Source: Fimbriimonadia bacterium (GTDB lineage Bacteria; Armatimonadota; Fimbriimonadia; Fimbriimonadales; JABRVX01). From it: a stretch of DNA of 64,000 nt. Location of the stretch: NCBI GenBank assembly GCA_041483895.1, contig JBGPGO010000006.1, positions 1 to 64,000 of the forward strand, written 5' to 3'. The position numbers and the translations under genes were made by a program. Positions 19,328 to 29,820 of this stretch are shown here, one piece after another. The notes beneath the pieces are model-generated. The model saw only the letters and a list, made by a program, of their open reading frames with translations, searched no databases and was not told the origin of the DNA. The first letter of the stretch is position 1. Each line of letters opens with the position of its first letter.

Positions 19328-19924
19328 TTATGCCTCAACTGGTCCTCCTGTTGAGGCTCGTTGGGCAACCAGTTCGGTCAACAGCAGCATCACCTCGGCG
19401 ACCGTCATTAGTCCAGACTCGGAATTCCACCGCCCGGCCTCATGCAGATGGACGCTGGACCACGGGTAGTCCGTCTCCTTCAAACAAAGACCCCGACGAA
19501 CAGGATTTTCGTGCATGTATTTGATCTTCTGCCAAAATACCTCGTCGGATTCGATCGGAAAACTGCGGAAGCTCACCTGCCACAGAGTCAGCTGATTGAG
19601 GCCACGTTGGGTTGCGAACATCGCGTCGATCTCCGGCGGAATCTGCGGCAACAGTTGCTTTGCGGTATACGACTTCAGATTCTTGACGAACGTCGAAACG
19701 TCCTTGTCCGCAGGCAGTCGTGTTACGAAGTGAATATGGTCCGGCATCACGGAATACCCGTGGAAGATCGCCCCGTAATGTCCATGCACCTCGAAGAGCA
19801 GCTCCACCATGCGGTCGGCCAGTTCCTTCGTCCGGAAGATGGGGACGAAGTCGAGGACCGTCGTGGTGACGAACACCAACTGACCGCCCTCGGCCACGTT
19901 CTTGAAGTGGCGATACCGCTGCAT
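19328..19924 (-). mobile_element. REP-associated tyrosine transposase (RAYT, IS200-like Y1 HUH)
   Basis: FVTT, MPDHIH (HUH), LWQ..F, Y.H.NPV..GL and YPWSS motifs; flanked by palindromes. Confidence 0.92.
19332..19357. repeat. Repeat family C palindrome at the RAYT 3' end
   Basis: gcctcaac-tggtcctcct-gttgaggc; inverted relative to the copies at 19952-20106. Confidence 0.85.
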
Positions 19925-19951
19925 GTAGCAATATTACACCATTTGCTGACT

Positions 19952-20106
19952 GATCACCCTCAGCAGGGGGACCTGTCTGAGGGATTCAACCCGCCCGGAT
20001 CACCCTCAGCAGGAGGGCCTGCTTGCGGGCTGCGATGCCAAAAAGGCCACCCTCAATAGGGGGACCTATTGAGGGATGCCATGCAGGAGGACCTGTTGAG
20101 GGATGC
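19952..20106. repeat. Repeat family C cluster: four REP-like palindromes upstream of RAYT
   Basis: Consensus ccctca(g/a)cagg(a/g)ggacctgttgaggg at about 19952, 19998, 20048 and 20083 (partial). Confidence 0.9.
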
Positions 20107-21063
20107 TCAGACCTTTTTCAACCGCAACCTATCGAGCGCCACGGAAATGACGATGATCGACCCTGTCACAATCTCCTGAACCCAATTCGGCAACCCCATC
20201 TGCGAACCCCCTGCCCCAATTGTGGTCATGATCAGCGCGCCGAGCAATGACCCGAGGATGGATCCTTCTCCGCCGGCCAGACTTGCGCCGCCGATAACCA
20301 CCGCCGCAATCACGTCCAGTTCCAATCCGACCGCAACCGTCGGATCCCCGACCGTCAGACGGGAATATTGCATCAGTCCCGCAAATCCCGCGAACAGCCC
20401 GCCGAGCGCGAATACCTTAAGCTTGACACTCTCGACCGGAACACCGCAAAGACGCGCCGCCTGTTCATTCGAGCCGATCGCGACGACATATCTGCCAAAC
20501 TTTGTATACCGAAGTACCCACGCGGCGACGACGGAGAAAACCAGCATCGCCCAAACCCCATACGGCAGCAGACGCCAGCGGTCGCCGGGCCCCAAGACTT
20601 CGAGCAGATTCGCCAGCCACGTCATTGGCGCATCGATCTTTTGCTCGTGCGCCAATCCCTTCGCAAATCCGCGGACAATCAGTAGCGTACCGAGCGTGAC
20701 AATGAACGGACCTACCTTGAGCCGCGTGACCAACAAGCCATTGAATATCCCGCAGAAGGTTCCGGCGGCAATTCCGACAACGAGAGCCGTCGTCGAATGG
20801 TAGCCCGCCTTCAGCATCCACGCGATGACAACAGTCACCAGCGCCACCACCGACCCGACCGACAGATCGATCCCGCCGCTGATGATAATATACGTCATCC
20901 CTAACGCGGCCATGGAGACAATCGTCGTCTGTCGCGCGAGCAGCTCAATGTTTCGGGACGTAGCAAAACTGGGACTGAAGTAGCTGACCAGACAGAAGAT
21001 GACGACCCAAGCGATAACAAGACCAATGACATTGGCCAGCGACCCCGGAATCCGCTTCCTCAT
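20107..21063 (-). CDS. Monosaccharide ABC transporter permease (RbsC-like)
   Basis: GGIDLSVGS, PFIVTLG, AIGSNEQAARLCGV, ELDVIAAVVIGGASL.GG.G. Confidence 0.93.
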   Translation of the reverse strand: MRKRIPGSLANVIGLVIAWVVIFCLVSYFSPSFATSRNIELLARQTTIVSMAALGMTYIIISGGIDLSVGSVVALVTVVIAWMLKAGYHSTTALVVGIAAGTFCGIFNGLLVTRLKVGPFIVTLGTLLIVRGFAKGLAHEQKIDAPMTWLANLLEVLGPGDRWRLLPYGVWAMLVFSVVAAWVLRYTKFGRYVVAIGSNEQAARLCGVPVESVKLKVFALGGLFAGFAGLMQYSRLTVGDPTVAVGLELDVIAAVVIGGASLAGGEGSILGSLLGALIMTTIGAGGSQMGLPNWVQEIVTGSIIVISVALDRLRLKKV

Positions 21064-22538
21064 GCCCCGATGGCTTCCCGAATGATCGTTTCCGCGTCGG
21101 TTTCGGCGGCCGGAACCGCCTCACCCAAAGTACCCCGGTGCATCACCGCAATCTTGTCGCACACCCCAAGCAGCTCCGGTAGGTAGCTGCTCACCATCAG
21201 GACCGCCTTGCCCTCCAGCGCGGCCTGATCGATCAACTGATAGATCTGCTCCTTGCTTCCAACGTCAATTCCGCGCGTCGGCTCGTCGAGCAAAAGAACA
21301 TCCACCCCATGATACAAGAGGCGGGCAATCGCGACTTTTTGCTGATTCCCGCCCGACAGATCTCCGACGATTTGTCCCGGACCCTGACAGCGAATGCCCA
21401 GCTTGTCGATCCAAACGGTCGCGGCCTCCGCCTGCCTCATCGGCGAAACGGTGCCGGCCCTTCCCAGCCGTCCCAAGTCCGTCAAGGTCAAATTGTCCGC
21501 GATGCTGAGCCGCAGCGCCAGACCCTCCAGCTTCCGGTCCTCGCTCAGCATCCCAACCCCTTCGGCCCATCGTTGCGAGGGCGATGCCGGGCCCACGTGC
21601 AGCCCCAGTTTGACCTCCCCCTTCTGAACTGGATCCAAGCCAAATATGGTCCGGATCAGCTCCGTGCGCCCGGACCCGTTGAGACCCGCCACACCCAGAA
21701 CTTCGCCCCGGCGAAGGGTGAACGTGGCGCCCGTGGGTTTGTCCGGACCGAAGAGCCCTTGGACCTCAAGAATCGGCTCGCCCGGCGCGTGCGGCGATCG
21801 GGAATACATCGCCTCGATCTTCCGGCCCACCATCAGCGCGACGATATCGTCTTCCGTCAGCTCGCCTTTCGGCCGCGTCGCCACTTTCTTCCCATCGCGC
21901 AATACTGTCAACCGATCCGCAATCTGATCGATCTCATCGAGGAAATGTGAGATATAAATGATTGCGTGGCCTTCGTTCCGAAGAGCCAGGACGGCTTCGA
22001 ACAACCGCTCCACATCCGCCTCGGTCAGGCTGCTGGTCGGCTCGTCCAGAATAACCACCCGGCATCCGACGGCCACCGCCCGCGCGATTTCCACTACCTG
22101 CCTCGCCGCAATCGGAAGGGACTTGACCGGCGCTTCAGTATCGAGCTTGGGATATCCGAGCTTGGCCAGAGCGGCATGAGCCCGCCGCCCCATCTCCGCC
22201 CGATCCAAAAGGCCAAAATGCGATTGCTCCATCCCCAGCAGCACGTTTTCCGCGACGGACAGATGGCCGCACAGGGCAAGCTCCTGGTAGATCATCCCAA
22301 TCCCCTGCCGCCTGGCCTCCATCGGGTTGCGGGGATTGAACGGCCGGCCGTCCAGCACCATCGTGCCTTCATCGGCCGGCTGGGCCCCGGCAAGAATTTT
22401 CACCAACGTGCTCTTGCCGGAGCCGTTTTCACCTACGAGCGCGTGGACCTCGCCCTGCTCGACTTCGAAATCAACCTGGTCGAGGGCGATCGTCGCGCCG
22501 AAGCGCTTCGATATCCCGCGCATTTCAAGGAAGCTCAA
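21060..22538 (-). CDS. Monosaccharide ABC transporter ATP-binding protein (RbsA-like, two domains)
   Basis: GENGSGKSTL, ILDEPT, LSGGNQQK, DEPTRGIDVG. Confidence 0.95.
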   Translation of the reverse strand: MSFLEMRGISKRFGATIALDQVDFEVEQGEVHALVGENGSGKSTLVKILAGAQPADEGTMVLDGRPFNPRNPMEARRQGIGMIYQELALCGHLSVAENVLLGMEQSHFGLLDRAEMGRRAHAALAKLGYPKLDTEAPVKSLPIAARQVVEIARAVAVGCRVVILDEPTSSLTEADVERLFEAVLALRNEGHAIIYISHFLDEIDQIADRLTVLRDGKKVATRPKGELTEDDIVALMVGRKIEAMYSRSPHAPGEPILEVQGLFGPDKPTGATFTLRRGEVLGVAGLNGSGRTELIRTIFGLDPVQKGEVKLGLHVGPASPSQRWAEGVGMLSEDRKLEGLALRLSIADNLTLTDLGRLGRAGTVSPMRQAEAATVWIDKLGIRCQGPGQIVGDLSGGNQQKVAIARLLYHGVDVLLLDEPTRGIDVGSKEQIYQLIDQAALEGKAVLMVSSYLPELLGVCDKIAVMHRGTLGEAVPAAETDAETIIREAIGA

Positions 22539-23540
22539 CTACTCTTTCGGGGGCTCCAACAGTTTCGCGATATCCGGCTTGTCCATGTTGTCTTTCGTGA
22601 CCAACGTTGCGCCCGTATCGATCCGCTTCTCCACCTTCTCGCCCTTCAGACTGGCGACCAGCGTTTTGACACCGAGATAACCCATGTTGCGCGGGTTTTG
22701 GAGAATCAGGCCGTTGATCTGGCCCGCCTTCAAGCCGTCCAACAGCTTGGCGGAAGCGTCGAAACCGACAAACTTGACCTTTCCCGCCCACCGGTAGTCC
22801 TGCAGCGTCCGAAGCATCCCAAAGGTGGAAGATTCGTTCGGACAATAGAGACCGTCCACTCCCAGCGAACCGTCCGGCTTCTTGAACGGAGCAAGCAGGT
22901 TTTCGCTCGCCTTCTGCGCGCTTTCGGTGGTAGGTCCCGCGTATTGATTCTCGCTCAATATCTTGATGTTCGGATGCTTCTTGATAGCGTCCAAGAAGCC
23001 CTGTTCGCGAAATTCCGTACTGGCCGAGCCGACGGCATACCGGAGCATGATCACCGTGCCCTTCTCGCCGAGCAACCGGGCCAACTCTTCTCCAGCCATC
23101 TGCCCACCCTTGTAGTTGTCGGTCGCCACAAAACTCACGACGGGTGTGTCTTTGAGATCCGAGTCGATGATGAGCACGGGAATCTTGCTGTTCTCCGCAT
23201 CCATCACGGGATTGTGCAAGGCTTTGTCATCAAGGGGGGCAAGCACGATGCCATCGACGCCTTGCGCCACAAAGTCCTCCACCACCTTGATTTGGCTCTC
23301 CCGGTCGTCCTCCTTCAGTGGCCCTTTCCAGATGATCTGCACTCCAAGCTCTTCCCCGGCCTTGCTCGCGCCCTCATGGACCGATTTCCAAAATTCGTGC
23401 GTCGCGCCCTTGGGGATTACGGCAATCTTGTAGGTCTTGCCGCCGCCCTTCGCATTCCCCTCGGCGGTCTTGTCCGTTTTGTTCCCGCCACAACCCGCCA
23501 GAAGCACAATGGCGAGCGGGATTAGAATTCGTAGTTTCAT
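22539..23540 (-). CDS. Sugar ABC transporter substrate-binding lipoprotein
   Basis: Lipobox LAGC; FW..V..GA, ATDNYKGG, VGFD, QNP..MGY. Confidence 0.93.
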   Translation of the reverse strand: MKLRILIPLAIVLLAGCGGNKTDKTAEGNAKGGGKTYKIAVIPKGATHEFWKSVHEGASKAGEELGVQIIWKGPLKEDDRESQIKVVEDFVAQGVDGIVLAPLDDKALHNPVMDAENSKIPVLIIDSDLKDTPVVSFVATDNYKGGQMAGEELARLLGEKGTVIMLRYAVGSASTEFREQGFLDAIKKHPNIKILSENQYAGPTTESAQKASENLLAPFKKPDGSLGVDGLYCPNESSTFGMLRTLQDYRWAGKVKFVGFDASAKLLDGLKAGQINGLILQNPRNMGYLGVKTLVASLKGEKVEKRIDTGATLVTKDNMDKPDIAKLLEPPKE

Positions 23541-23564
23541 ACAGGTCCCTCCATCTATCGGCGA

Positions 23565-26500
23565 TTATTTCGCGCCCGACGGCCCGATTCCTTTTATCTT
23601 CACGGTCCGAATTTCGAACCCGTGCAGCTTGACCGGGATCCGGCCGGCGTTCGCGGGCGCCGCGCCGAGGTCATCTTCGACGAAATTGACCCAGCGGGCG
23701 TTCGCCATCGGTAGGTTAGTATGAATCTCCCCCGTGTATGGCGCGCCGGTGCATTCGAAGAAGCGGAAGATCACCCCGTTCCCATCCTCCGCCATCTTCA
23801 GCGCGCTCGCCAAGGCGCCATCTCCGGTGATGCTGAGCGGGCTCCATTCCAGCGGCCTGTCGCCTCGGGCCTCGAACGGGACCGTAGCGGAAAGAAGCGG
23901 CTGATTGAATTCCCTCGCCCGCTGGAATGTGTGGGCGCTCCGCCAATCCTTCGCGTGCGGATAGATGGCGTACTTCCAATGGTGTTCGCCAGGGTTCGGC
24001 ACCGGGTCCGGCTCGAAGCTGGACCGGATGATGGACATCCGCAGCGTCGATCCCTGGCAGGAATGGCCGTTCTTGCTGTCGTTCAAAACGGAAATGCCCG
24101 CGTCGCTGTTGGAGACGTCCGCCCATTCCAAGGCCGGATACTCCTGCCGATCCGCCGGGCGGGCCAGCGCGCCGAACGGAATCTCATAGGTGACGGTCGG
24201 CGTGGCGGCGGCAACATCGAAAGCCGCCCGCAGCATCGGGCTCGGTTGGTTCCCGCCGCCAATAGCGTTCCATCGCGTCCAGCCATCGCTTGTAACCATA
24301 TCGCTCCCAGCAGTCACGCGGAAAGTCTGAGTGATCGGCGTGGGCGGCGCGTCACCCCCGGTGCTGGGGAGCGTGTATTCGAACTTGACCTCCGCCCAAC
24401 CCGGCCCTTGCGCGACGGTGTGGCCGGTTGCGTTCAGAGGATCGACTCGGTTGATGCGCCCGAGAACCCACGCGCTCATTCCGCCAGGGTTCTCGTAGTG
24501 CGCCTCCATGACGCCCAACCCGTTCGGCCCGGCCATGTCGCGCTTGGTGGCCTTCTGCACCAGGCTCTTGACGCAGCCCCGCTCCGAATCGAAAGAAACG
24601 ATCAGCTTGTCTGTCTCGATCGTCAATCCGTTATCCCGAACTTCCAACGATTGCGCGACCGGCTCCGCCGAGTTTAGATTGAAAACCCGATACCCGAACG
24701 GCGGCACGTCGGCGGCCCAGAACCGAGCAAGGCGGCTGTGGGGATTGAGCAGCACGACCGGATAGTTCTTTCCGTCAGGGGCCGTGGCGACAGACTTATT
24801 CGGATCCGCGCCGCCGCCGGAATCCCACCCGCTGCCGACCAGATACGTCTCCACCCACCCGCTCCGCGTCCAGCCGAGGGGGTTGAATGCCATCACGCTG
24901 ATCCCGCCCTTTTTCGGCGTCACCTTCAGCGTCATCCCTTCCAACGCGCGGGTGATGATGTCCTTATCCTCTGCGACCACGCGGCCCAGCACCATCTTCG
25001 TCCGCTCATACGGCGCGTGGATGCCGGAGCCGGGAAGCGTATCATGATGATGATTCATACAAATATCTTCCCAACTCTTTCGGAACGTCGCCGTCGGATA
25101 CTGGAACCCGAACAGCGCCGCCACCGTCGCCACCGACTCCGCCGACGTGGTCCAGGCCTCCGCATCCCGGTTGGCCCGCTTGATTTCCGCGTGCGATGTG
25201 TAGCAGCCGTCGAAAACCACGTTCATCTCCTGATCGATCACAGGAATCTTCTTTAGATCGTAGGTTTCGAGCTTCTTGAAAAATTGCGTTGCTGTGGAGA
25301 ATTGGACCTTCGGCTTCGCCGGGTCCTTCATCCAGCTCAACGCCTCTTCAATGTATTCCCGCGTCGGACCGCCGCCATGATTGCCAACTCCATACACCCA
25401 CAGCATGTCCTTGCTGCCGGTGTTCTTCTCGAAATCCAGCATCTCTTGAAACTGCTTGTACGAAAGGTCGCTGTTGTACCAAGAACCGCTCGCCGGTTCG
25501 TCAAAGCTCAAAACCTTCGTGCCGTCCAGACCCTGCCACCAGAACAGCGGCTTGCCCTTTCCGCCGCGGCAGAAGTAGTAGTAGTTGCATCCGCCGAGTT
25601 TCAATATCTGCGGCATCTGCAGCGTGTGTCCAAACGTATCCGGTTCCCAACCGACAATCGCCGTCTTGCCAAATCGTTCGCGGAAGTAGCGCTGCCCATA
25701 GAGGAACTGCCGCGCGTGCGATTCCGGCGAGATCATGTTCGTATCGGCCTCGCAGACCCGCCCGCCGACAACCTCCCAGCAGCCGATCTTGACCTTCTCT
25801 TTCATCTTGGCGAACAGGTCCGGCCATTGCTCTTCTATCGCCTCGTAGATGCAGGAGCTGCTCTGACTGAAGCTAAATCCCGGATATTCGTTCATGAACT
25901 TGACGGCCTGCGCGAAGGTGTCGTGGGAGGCGACCATCCCCTCCTGCCACTCCCACAGCCATTGCAGATCGATGTGCGCGTGGCCGACCAGGTGGCCGGT
26001 GTAGCCGGTCATCGCTGGATGGGTGTGGGAGACCGCGTTCTGTGCCGAGTGCATCGCTGCTTGGATCTGCTCTTCCGTCGCGTTGTCGTTCTTTTCTATG
26101 TTGCTGAGCAACTCTGTGGCCTCAACGATATGCTGTTGCAGGTGCTGGTCGGGATTTCGCTCCAAAAATTTCTTGGCGAGATCGATGTCCTTGCGGACTT
26201 CATCCAACTGCCGCAGGCGCTCGGAAATCGCCCGGACCTGGGAGATGATCGGCTCCAGATTTGCGCCCGTTGTCACTTTCGAGCGGTCCACTACCACGCA
26301 CGCGGGCTTTTTGGTGTATCCCTCGGCCCCGTCCAGCTCTCGAACGGACGGTGTTCCGTTGTCATAGATGACCGTCTTCGTGCCGTCCGCGTGCTCCACA
26401 ACGACGTTGTCGATGAACTGCACATACACGCCGTCCCGGTCGCCCTCGAACACCAAATCCCATCCTTCGGTGGTCAGCCCCTTGGCCTCGCCAATTGCGA

Positions 26501-26861
26501 TGCGGCGCGTGTACCACTTGCCGGACGCCTGCGTGAGCACTCCATCCCCATGGGCGCGGACGCCGTTTTGGTCTGTGTATCCCCGCTCGCGCAGCGCGGC
26601 CGCCCCGCCCTCGAAGCGGACGTCGATTCCGCCCTTGGCGACGGGGCATCTCGGGTCGAGGTAGACGTCGTAGACCAGCGTGTCGCCCTCGGCGATTTTC
26701 ACTTTCTGGCGCGAAAAGGTGAAGTAGGTGAACCAGTTGCCGTTGCCCTTGGCCAGATTCTGGCTGACGAAGGCGAGGCATTCGTCCTTCTGCTGCAACG
26801 CGGCGAGGACGGGAAGAACGATGACGATGATGAGCGAGACGAAAATTCCAATTCGGCGCAT
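23565..26861 (-). CDS. Secreted alpha-mannosidase (GH38) with N-terminal extension
   Basis: GHAHIDLQWLW, W.PDTFG, YGVGNHGGGP, HHDTLPGS; signal peptide. Confidence 0.92.
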   Translation of the reverse strand: MRRIGIFVSLIIVIVLPVLAALQQKDECLAFVSQNLAKGNGNWFTYFTFSRQKVKIAEGDTLVYDVYLDPRCPVAKGGIDVRFEGGAAALRERGYTDQNGVRAHGDGVLTQASGKWYTRRIAIGEAKGLTTEGWDLVFEGDRDGVYVQFIDNVVVEHADGTKTVIYDNGTPSVRELDGAEGYTKKPACVVVDRSKVTTGANLEPIISQVRAISERLRQLDEVRKDIDLAKKFLERNPDQHLQQHIVEATELLSNIEKNDNATEEQIQAAMHSAQNAVSHTHPAMTGYTGHLVGHAHIDLQWLWEWQEGMVASHDTFAQAVKFMNEYPGFSFSQSSSCIYEAIEEQWPDLFAKMKEKVKIGCWEVVGGRVCEADTNMISPESHARQFLYGQRYFRERFGKTAIVGWEPDTFGHTLQMPQILKLGGCNYYYFCRGGKGKPLFWWQGLDGTKVLSFDEPASGSWYNSDLSYKQFQEMLDFEKNTGSKDMLWVYGVGNHGGGPTREYIEEALSWMKDPAKPKVQFSTATQFFKKLETYDLKKIPVIDQEMNVVFDGCYTSHAEIKRANRDAEAWTTSAESVATVAALFGFQYPTATFRKSWEDICMNHHHDTLPGSGIHAPYERTKMVLGRVVAEDKDIITRALEGMTLKVTPKKGGISVMAFNPLGWTRSGWVETYLVGSGWDSGGGADPNKSVATAPDGKNYPVVLLNPHSRLARFWAADVPPFGYRVFNLNSAEPVAQSLEVRDNGLTIETDKLIVSFDSERGCVKSLVQKATKRDMAGPNGLGVMEAHYENPGGMSAWVLGRINRVDPLNATGHTVAQGPGWAEVKFEYTLPSTGGDAPPTPITQTFRVTAGSDMVTSDGWTRWNAIGGGNQPSPMLRAAFDVAAATPTVTYEIPFGALARPADRQEYPALEWADVSNSDAGISVLNDSKNGHSCQGSTLRMSIIRSSFEPDPVPNPGEHHWKYAIYPHAKDWRSAHTFQRAREFNQPLLSATVPFEARGDRPLEWSPLSITGDGALASALKMAEDGNGVIFRFFECTGAPYTGEIHTNLPMANARWVNFVEDDLGAAPANAGRIPVKLHGFEIRTVKIKGIGPSGAK

Positions 26862-26895
26862 TCCGCTAGGTTACCGCATTGGCGAGTGAGAACCC

Positions 26896-27137
26896 TGTAG
26901 CCGCGGATTCTCATTCTGAACTGTGATCTGTTGCCCCGAACAAAACCCGCGCGCGATCCCTGTAGCTGCGGGTCCGATTGGCAGTAACCTCTCTCCCACG
27001 GACCCTCCAAGGCCCGCAGCGCGCCCGCCGAATGTTCTTTCATGGACGATCGCATCCACCCTCCGACCGCCGATCCTTGTAGCTGCGGGTCCGAGTGGCT
27101 GCAACGCTGCTCCTACCAACTCCCCAAGGCCCGCAGC
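26896..27137 (+). repeat. Repeat family F cluster: three GTAG-footed hairpin elements
   Basis: tgtagccgcgg...cccgcg (26896-26951); tgtagctgcgggtc...ggcccgcagc (26961-27020 and 27078-27137); first copy matches 57560-57615. Confidence 0.85.
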
Positions 27138-27138
27138 C

Positions 27139-28221
27139 CTAACGCACCGCCACCATATAGAGGTCTCCATAATAGATGAAGCTGACCGACCTACCATCGG
27201 GCAGCCAAGCAAAACCTCCAAAGTGCGCGTATTGTTCCGATTCCTTGCCGGATTGGTACTTAATCGTACCGATCAATTGCTTCCGACCTCCATTGACACT
27301 TGTTATCCATAGCTGACATTGCGTCGGATGACCGGCGATCAATTGCGGCATCTTATCTCCGTCCATCAGAATTCGATTCAATGGAGCGTCGTCAACCATC
27401 CAAAGTATTCGATCCCGTTGTGGTGACAACAGGCACGCGCAGATGTCGCTCCCCTGCGGAAACATTGGATCGGACACTGAAACCGCCGGCTTTGTCTGGC
27501 CATCCCGCCATAAAAGAACAGTTGTTCTGGCCCAGGGATCGATTCCGTCGTTGTTGGGAATCAGCATGAGGAATCTGTCCGAAGATACGACCTCCGGCGG
27601 CCATGGATCAAAATGAAGCGCACTGACGGTGATGGGTACCAGTGCATGCTCCGCGGCCGGCGAGGAGACCCTTCTGATCCACGAAGAAACAATGAGATTC
27701 GGTTCGGCAAAGTCGAACTGAGACTCGACGATGTTTGCGCTGTCGGGTGTCCATTTCGAGTAGCTCCAAAGCTCGACGTTCCAGATCGCGGAGGCGAAAC
27801 CGCCAACGCGACGCCGCAGCCAATGCGCTTCCTTGGTCCCGTCGAGCTTGGCAATGTACCAATTGGGATTTCCGTCAAATTGGCCTGACCATAGAAGCCA
27901 CTTGCCATCCGGCGATGGCCTGACATCGCCGAGACCGGAACCGGAATCATGAAACAGCCGACTCAATGCGGTCAGCTTTTGTTCTTTGTGGGCTTTTACA
28001 TCTAGTCGATACAAAGTCCAGTCGCCTTGGTGTCGGGGATCTTCTCGAAAAAACAGCAGCTCATGGGAATTAAGCCAATGGTAACTGGGATTGTACAAGA
28101 CAAATCCCGACCAACCCGCTGTCGAGCTGAGCTTCGTCGCCGTGCGGATGAGGTTTTGATCTGCAGCTCCTGCTGCACAGAGCATTGCGGCTGCACCGAG
28201 GAGAGCACGACGCGTTACCAT
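27139..28221 (-). CDS. Hypothetical exported protein, TolB-like beta-propeller
   Basis: Twin-arginine-like TRRALL signal; SPDGKW, WTPDS and WLPDG blade motifs. Confidence 0.72.
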   Translation of the reverse strand: MVTRRALLGAAAMLCAAGAADQNLIRTATKLSSTAGWSGFVLYNPSYHWLNSHELLFFREDPRHQGDWTLYRLDVKAHKEQKLTALSRLFHDSGSGLGDVRPSPDGKWLLWSGQFDGNPNWYIAKLDGTKEAHWLRRRVGGFASAIWNVELWSYSKWTPDSANIVESQFDFAEPNLIVSSWIRRVSSPAAEHALVPITVSALHFDPWPPEVVSSDRFLMLIPNNDGIDPWARTTVLLWRDGQTKPAVSVSDPMFPQGSDICACLLSPQRDRILWMVDDAPLNRILMDGDKMPQLIAGHPTQCQLWITSVNGGRKQLIGTIKYQSGKESEQYAHFGGFAWLPDGRSVSFIYYGDLYMVAVR

Positions 28222-28236
28222 AATGAGCCTCCTAAC

Positions 28237-29688
28237 CTACTGCCAAATTAGACGCTCAAAACGTTTCAGCGTTCCACAATCATTAGGTGGGTTCGCGATC
28301 CTTCCCGTCACTGATTGCATCGTCGACCCGTCCTCCGACAAGCTCTTAACATGCCCCAGCGCCCGCAAATGGATCGCATGAATGATCCGGTCGGAGAAAA
28401 GCCGCCAATACCATTCCGGACCCATGCTGTGCTGATACCAAGTCGTGCCCTCCAACAGTGTCCTCCCACCCAGTAAAGCCACCAACCGGAACTGACCCTG
28501 GTGCGAAACCAAGAACCCATGCAGATGCGGCGGGTGCGACTCCCCAAGAAAACTCAATTCCCGCATCGGCGGCGGATTCTTCGTCACGGAAAACCGCAGC
28601 AGCCGCGACTCCTGCCACACAGTGATCGGCTCCACGAATGTCCCCGTCGTGAACACGCAATGCCGGACCGCCCCGACACCCCGCCCCCGCATCTCCGCCC
28701 GCACCGGGTAGGCGACGCCGGTATGAAAAATCCATTCCTGCGGCACCGGCAAATCGCCAAACGAGATGACATTCTGCCAAACCACATCCGGCGGCGCATC
28801 GATCTCCACGCTCGTAGTCACGGCGAACACCGTCGGCCCAGGTTTAATCGATTTCTCCATCACGATCATCCCCGGCGTGCCGACAAGAACAACGAGCAAC
28901 ATCCAGAGCGGATCGGACAGCCGTTTGGTCCCCGCAACCAAAGGATACGCCGCGAGCGCGCCAAAAAAAGTGACCGTGGCGGCAAGCGGATACGCCATCA
29001 AGAGACAGATCACACCCTCGCACCGGCTCGCCAACAGCCCGAACGCAGTGATGAAAAGTGAAAGCTGTGAGAGCCCGAGACAGGTTGAAAACTTCGGCTG
29101 ACCGCTCATGCCGAATATGAGCGTCGGAATCGCCCCGCAAGCGAATGGCACGCCGACGAACAGCCCCCATCCATAGTCGTTCACCGTGTTCGTGCTCAAC
29201 TGAGTCATGGCGATTGCAAAAATCGGCGATCCGAATACGGCAGCGATGCCGAGCACCCAGCGAGACCTTGGTATTAGACGCCGGAAGGTCCGCGTAAGCC
29301 GAGAGAGCTCATCTTCGCTTTCGTCATCGGGATAGCGGCTCGGCAGAAGGCAGAGGAGGGCGAACAGCAGCACATTCACGATTGGCATCAACAAGAGCCA
29401 TGCGACGAACCGCGGCAGTTCTGCATCGTTCAGCCGCCGGATAGCAAGGGTCAAGAACGCCAGAGCAAACGGCAGCCCGGTCAGGACCAGCATGAGGTGA
29501 AAACCATTGAGCGGCAGCAGCGAGTGGCTGCCGTCCGGGATGAGATAGTTGAGGATCGACCAGTCCCGCCCGAAGAACGTCCGCGCCGTCCAGTCGTCCA
29601 GAAAATGCTTGTTGAGCGCCAGGAACAGGGTCAAAATGGCGAACGGCCACGGCCTCGTCTTCCCCCGCCACCAGAAGTTCCGCTTCAT
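28237..29688 (-). CDS. DUF805 membrane domain plus SRPBCC/polyketide-cyclase-like domain protein
   Basis: IRRLNDA...P.VN motif and several transmembrane helices; C-terminal V.IDAPP..VW, GVGAVRHC.F, LEGTTWY. Confidence 0.8.
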   Translation of the reverse strand: MKRNFWWRGKTRPWPFAILTLFLALNKHFLDDWTARTFFGRDWSILNYLIPDGSHSLLPLNGFHLMLVLTGLPFALAFLTLAIRRLNDAELPRFVAWLLLMPIVNVLLFALLCLLPSRYPDDESEDELSRLTRTFRRLIPRSRWVLGIAAVFGSPIFAIAMTQLSTNTVNDYGWGLFVGVPFACGAIPTLIFGMSGQPKFSTCLGLSQLSLFITAFGLLASRCEGVICLLMAYPLAATVTFFGALAAYPLVAGTKRLSDPLWMLLVVLVGTPGMIVMEKSIKPGPTVFAVTTSVEIDAPPDVVWQNVISFGDLPVPQEWIFHTGVAYPVRAEMRGRGVGAVRHCVFTTGTFVEPITVWQESRLLRFSVTKNPPPMRELSFLGESHPPHLHGFLVSHQGQFRLVALLGGRTLLEGTTWYQHSMGPEWYWRLFSDRIIHAIHLRALGHVKSLSEDGSTMQSVTGRIANPPNDCGTLKRFERLIWQ

Positions 29689-29820
29689 GCCTCACCTCCT
29701 GCTCGCAATATACCATATTATTTCAGAATGTTCTGAAATAACTAGACACACAAAGTAAGAGAGATTTCTTTCAGGACCAGCCGCAAAGGAACCGCAGGGG
29801 CGCCCGGAGAATTCGTCGCC

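Noticed and set aside
15945..20106. Intact prophage or ICE with att sites
   Set aside because: The integrase is truncated, and no phage or conjugation genes, tRNA target or flanking direct repeats were seen.
21966..26900. Long plus-strand ORFs (519 aa, 318 aa, 538 aa)
   Set aside because: Antisense shadows of the ABC and GH38 genes, common in GC-rich DNA, with no motifs.
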